DNA from: Halocafeteria seosinensis
Lineage: Eukaryota
Reading direction: 5' to 3'
DNA length: 39,539 nucleotides
Assembly (NCBI GenBank): GCA_001687465.1
Contig: LVLI01000654.1
Coordinates: 1-39,539 of the forward strand
Shown here: positions 34,593 to 39,539 of the stretch, in pieces
Numbering within the stretch: position 1 is the stretch's first letter
Layout: the number at the start of each line of letters is the position of its first letter
Program-made: the position numbers and the translations under genes
The notes under the pieces: generated by a model
The model's input: only the letters and a program-made list of their open reading frames with translations
The model's database searches: none
Told to the model about the DNA's origin: nothing

Positions 34593-35180
34593 CGTGTTCA
34601 GGCCATACACATGAACTGTATTTTGTTTAAATGGGGATCCATCCACGCAAGATTAAGCAAGGTTACTAGCTAGCTAGCTACTCGTGTCTGTGGGTATGTA
34701 CAATCCAATTAACAATTTCTTCCCTTGGAACTGTGTGCTAATTCCCTTAAAACTTACCCCTTCATTTGAAGAATTCAGTGAAAACTTTGACTTGGATAAA
34801 CTGTTTAATGTTACACATACACACTTGCGTGTGCTGATTGTGTATATTCATTGTAGTATGGTGCCTTGCTTGAAGCATGTCGGCGCGTATACGGCATGCT
34901 ATCGAAAAGAATCCATTTACTTGTAGCCTACACAAGTCGTAGGACAAGAGCGTCAAAGGGTAAAGGAATTCTAACAAATCTTTCTAATGCTTCTACATCT
35001 TGGCAAAACTACCTACTATACAAAAGTCTTACAAGGCAATTTGTCTGGTATATGTACTGCTTGAAGATCTAACATCATCATATTCGCCTCTCCTAAATGG
35101 ATTGGAGTTGTTGATATACAGCAAGAAGTACAACATACCACCATAACTTAAAACTTTCTCGAGTACAGGCATAGAAAACC

Positions 35181-36895
35181 ATGACATCATATGCAGATGC
35201 CACAGAGGAGGAGGAGGAGGAGGAGGATAATGAATTACAGAGTCTCAGTCTGGATGAACTGGAGCAATTACCCGGGCAGCTACAGGAGCAACAGAGTGAA
35301 ATCAATAGTAAAATAAGGGCTCTGGCTCTACAGCATTACCCCGTGCATATACACAGTTTTGAAGCATTGGAGCAGGTTACGCAGACGGCCAAAAAGGGGC
35401 GAGACACTTGTCAGAATGCCATTGAGAAAGCCAAACAAGCCACTCGATTGTGCCGTGGGGACATCCTGAATCGCCTACATAGCCGTGTTAAGCTTTTTAA
35501 GAGTGTTAAAGCCACCACAGAGCAGTATTCGAGGCTCTCAGACCTCCTCAAGATGCCGCAGTTCTTTGAACTATGTGTCCGGAATGGCATGCACGACGAC
35601 GCCATGGAACTCCTTAACTCGTTCTCGAGTATCATACACCGCCATTCGCATTCGATTGTCTTTCCAGCAACGCCAAGGGACGACTCCAAGAGTCCAAAGC
35701 ACAAGGGTGAGGAATCGGCCAGTTCTCCGCACAGTGGTGCTACCGAGCCACAGCAACAGCAATTATTAGGCTTACGTACACGATGTCTACCGGCACTGCT
35801 GGGACTTCTCTACAGTAGTATGTTAGATTCGGCGGACGCTCTCGAACGGATGACCATGAAGCAGTTTGAGACAGATGTAAGTCTTTTCTACTGTCGATAA
35901 CTAAGTTACAAGTTGTGTTTATTATAGTCATACTACATTCCCAGTTAACTATACCCCAAATCTTGGATTCGGCGCGCTTACTAAAGCGACTCTCACAGAC
36001 AAAAAGAGTGATGAGGCGTTGCCTATACGATCCAAACTCGAAAGAAAATATGCATAGCAAGGAGGATGGTACCAATGAAATCCAAGAGATAACGGATGCC
36101 TTCCTGCAGGCGCGGAGCCGGTGGGTGACAGCGAAAGTGAATCTGAACCTTCCATCCAGTCCATTTGAACAACTAAGTCAGATGATGGATGTACTGTCCA
36201 CTAAAATACCCGATGTCCAGCGTCAACTACGTGCGTTTCTTTCTATATTTGGACAAGAACAAAGCCTTGGTGAGCAGCGAAGTATTAGCGAATGGGCGGA
36301 ACGCGTTATGGCAGAATTCGTCGCTACAATGGATAACAACATTAAGTTAATCACGGATCCTGACGAACTGCTCACATTGATTGAGCAGAGCGGTTATGCC
36401 GCTGATAAGACAGCACAGTGTGGATTTCACCCTACGATTTCTCTTCTCGAAGGGCTCGTACTACACGCCCGAGATCTTTTCAGAAAAGAGTTAGATGCCG
36501 CCGTGGATCGCTTTGGGCAGCATCTTACGAACTGGTTCCAGCAACAAGGAACGCAAGAATCTCCAGAAGATACCGCACAACAGAAAAACCATATGAAAGC
36601 AATCAAAGAGGTGCCACCGATGGCCCTCCTTTGGGATGACATCGTGGAATCCTGGGAACAATACAAGAAATGCTTCCCTTCACCCTTGCTGTATCTTGTC
36701 TCCAATGCTATCGAAAATACCGCTAACGAGGCACTTTTTCGACTATATAACGTCGCCAATAGCTTTCACGCTACCTCAAGAAAGATCGATTTATCCTTCG
36801 ACGTCTTTGAAACGCATTTTATACCTCTCTTGAAGTCAAGCTTTGAGACGAACGCACTCGCAGATGCAATTGTTCGGAATGCTTCATGGATATGA
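35181..36895 (+). CDS. COG8: Conserved oligomeric Golgi complex subunit 8 (Dor1 family), ~548 aa
   Basis: Intron 35877-35944. SLSLDELEQLPGQL, LALQHYPVHI, LSDLLKMPQFFELCVRNGMHDDAMEL, DLTIPQILDSARLLKRL, FLQARSRW. Confidence 0.82.
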
Positions 36896-36986
36896 CTTAG
36901 TAGTATCCCTGCTTGCCTTCCATCTAGCAGTGCTGACTGCATATTCACCAATACACTCCATCAGACTCTACAGACGTTTTCTCAGA

Positions 36987-39201
36987 CTAGGCGTCGTGAA
37001 GAACCGGCGCCAAGAGTTCGAGGCGTTTTTCTTCTTTTTTTTTCATTTCCTCCGTTCCTAAAGGCGCGAACGCTTCTCGCAGTAAACGAGAGACATGTGA
37101 TTTGCTTAACCCTTTGAAAAATTGCCGAAATGCTTCCCTCGACTTGAGTTGAGGCACATCCTTGGGCTTTTGTTGAAGCATCTTTACTAGCGTGGAATCG
37201 TCTAATTCCCTTGCATGAGTGCACTTTGAATTTCCGGAGCAACTCTCGTGGGCGCAGTTCTCCCCAGCCGCTGAGGTAGTCGGGTCACCTGTCTTGCTTG
37301 TGCCACTTCGTGAGGTTTCTCTCGACGAAATTCTTCGCTTCTGCTTATTGTGAGTATCCTCTAGGCGTAGCTCGTCAAGCACTGCCAACACAGAGGTGCT
37401 GCTCGATTTGCTAGTCTCTTCACTGCTTTGTTTCCTGCGCCGCATAGCCATAACCGGGTTTCCGGCAAATACAGTGTTGGTTCCATGCGTAAGCCCGCTT
37501 GCATCGCGTGATTCACCTTGCTGCATTTCACTTCTGTGGTCCTCACGATAGCGTTCTCGAGCAGTGTTTGAGTCCGAAGGGATATTCCCAACGGAAATAT
37601 TCAAGTTACCTGTCGTGTGAGGACGCTGAGGAGACACATCCGGCAGGCTCTTTGATAGCGAGCTTGCTGTACCAGACTCCGCCGAACGCACGCGCGGGGA
37701 AACCTTTGGTGCGTAGATAGTATCATCCCTATCGTCGTCAAAAATTGAGGAAGTTACGGAGTCCTCGTGAGATATCGTCTGCAGCGATCCTCGTGATGAG
37801 ACCAAGCGCTCCTGCGTGACTACATCAGAACTGGCACTAAATTCATCTTCTCCGGCTAGTTCTTCTACTGACGGAGGACGCTTATCGTTAGCGCCATATT
37901 CCTCTCCATCAAGGGTCACCACATTCGGTAGAAAATGCCTGGCTAGCCGTCGATATGATACATTAGAAGCAACTGGATTCCCCTGCAAGGTAAGAGTTTT
38001 CAGTTGTGGGCATGAACAGAGGTTGGATAACTGATCTACCCCTCGGATAAGATTATTTCTCAAGTCGAGCACCTGCAGTTGGTCGTGCAACGCCAGCGGG
38101 GCAGCGTCGCTGACACGATTGTATGGAGCATGGAGTTCCTCTAACGCCTCTAAAGCACAAATTCCATCTAGGTCAGTCACTCCACAATTTGCAATGAAAA
38201 GAAAGCGGAGGTTTCTCAATTTCGTTCCCAGGTCCCGAATGCTGGACATAACACTGCCGTCCAGGGTGAGTGACCTCAAATTGGGAAGATATTCTCCTAA
38301 TGCCGAAGCAGACACGTCCGACGTATTGATACCAAGCTGAACCTTTTGCACCACTTCCAAATCTTGTACACCTGTTAGTTGAATCTGCATGGATCAAGAA
38401 CTTGGATATAGGGAAAAATGTTAGGTGGCAAAAGGGGGGGAAGCTTACCAAAATCGCAGGTGTTATTGCTTCGAAACCAACTGTTTCGCCATCTCCTGTT
38501 GATACGTACGCCCAAATCCGCGTTTTGGTGTTTTCTCTGGAAGTACCAGTCGTTGGAGCCCAGAAGGTGCTGAAGAGCATGTTGTGCTGCGTCTCGGGCG
38601 GTTCATACGTTAGGGTGGTAGTATTCTGTTTTCTGGCATTCGCGGGTGTCAACACACCCGTCCCAGTCTCGCGAGACGGCGGTACAGGTGAAAACTGCCC
38701 GACATCTTTATCTGTCTCCGTTGATCCCTCGCCGGTTGTGTTATCCTCCTGTCGCAAACGTCGATGTTGGTGCTGCAGGGCTTTGATGGTCCCATACCGA
38801 TGTCGATAAAATTGATTCTCCGGGTCATTTTCCTGGTTTTGTGATTTCATAATCTCCTCGTAACTCGCAGTTCGAGGTCTTGAAACGCTCTGGTCGGCAT
38901 GGGATCCCAATTGTTTATATCGCCCGTTAGAATCATGCTCACTCGACGGCACGGACGCGGCTGCACCTCCCGATGATGACGCCGAGGAAGGTCGTGCACT
39001 GGATGCTAGACGCTTAAAATATGCGCCTGAATCCAATATCACTGTATCATCCTCGCCATCGCTTGGTTCGACCTCAATCTCTTGTAAATTGATGTGAATA
39101 GGCTGTTTGGACTTTCCCCGCCGCCATCCCGTCTCGGTCGCACGACTGTCACTTCCGTTTTCACCACTATCCACCCGGTGTTCCATCTTCTCTCTCAACA
39201 T
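36987..39201 (-). CDS. LRRC56: Leucine-rich repeat protein LRRC56/ODA8-like, ~716 aa
   Basis: Intron 38385-38448. ITPAILIQLTGVQDL...LGEYLPNLRSLTLDGS.MSSIRDLGTKLRNLRFL, LDLRNNLI, LTLQGNPV..YR..LPNVVTLDG (LRR cap). Confidence 0.8.
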
Positions 39202-39539
39202 ACGAACATATATGCATTCACATCACTCAATCTGTACAATCGTAGGATTCTGCGTGTGTAGTACACTGTGTACAATCGCGCGTTGTATAACCGCGAAATT
39301 TGACGTTGAAGTTTGGGTCCACGAAATGATTGACAGGTTCTCACGAATGCGCATTCCAGACCTACAGAGTCTGAGAGTGTGTAGTACAGACCTATGGAGG
39401 GATGGGCTCAAAGGCGCTCACCTTTTTGAAGGAGCTGTATGATAGGCCGTCTAATCTAAGGGTAACGGATCCGGTCTTGTTTGTCAGGGATCTTCGATTG
39501 CGCCTAAGCTGTTCGGTGCAGCGGAGCAACTGCAGAATG

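Noticed and set aside
39233..39388. Short direct repeats (GTGTGTAGTACA x2, TGTACAATCG x2)
   Set aside because: Only two copies each with irregular spacing; not CRISPR-like.

Overview
Gene-dense eukaryotic DNA read in the standard genetic code, probably from a flagellated protist (a stramenopile is plausible but not provable from this window). I reconstruct 13 protein genes with 22 short GT-AG introns (61-127 nt, mostly 61-76), and every spliced model keeps frame. In order: a Gly-rich repeat surface protein (cut off by the window edge), a TPR protein, a MINDY-3/4 deubiquitinase with a Myb/SANT domain, RAD51C, a membrane RING ligase, an orphan multipass membrane protein, a ~3746-aa ATM kinase, a low-complexity unknown, CHMP5/Vps60, an intronless DRB0094/Rnl5-family RNA ligase, an SLC45/SUT sugar transporter, COG8 and an LRRC56-like protein. 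The best leads are: (1) the Rnl5 RNA ligase, a possible horizontal acquisition; (2) an in-frame TAA followed by a hairpin inside a repeat of the Gly-rich gene, whose downstream 146 nt are an exact copy of an earlier repeat; (3) two GC-rich, hairpin-rich non-coding islands (3.63-3.87 kb and 4.5-4.77 kb) linked by a 19-nt inverted repeat; (4) two unusual domain fusions. I found no tRNA, rRNA, CRISPR array or transposase, and no multi-gene novel system that I can support with confidence.
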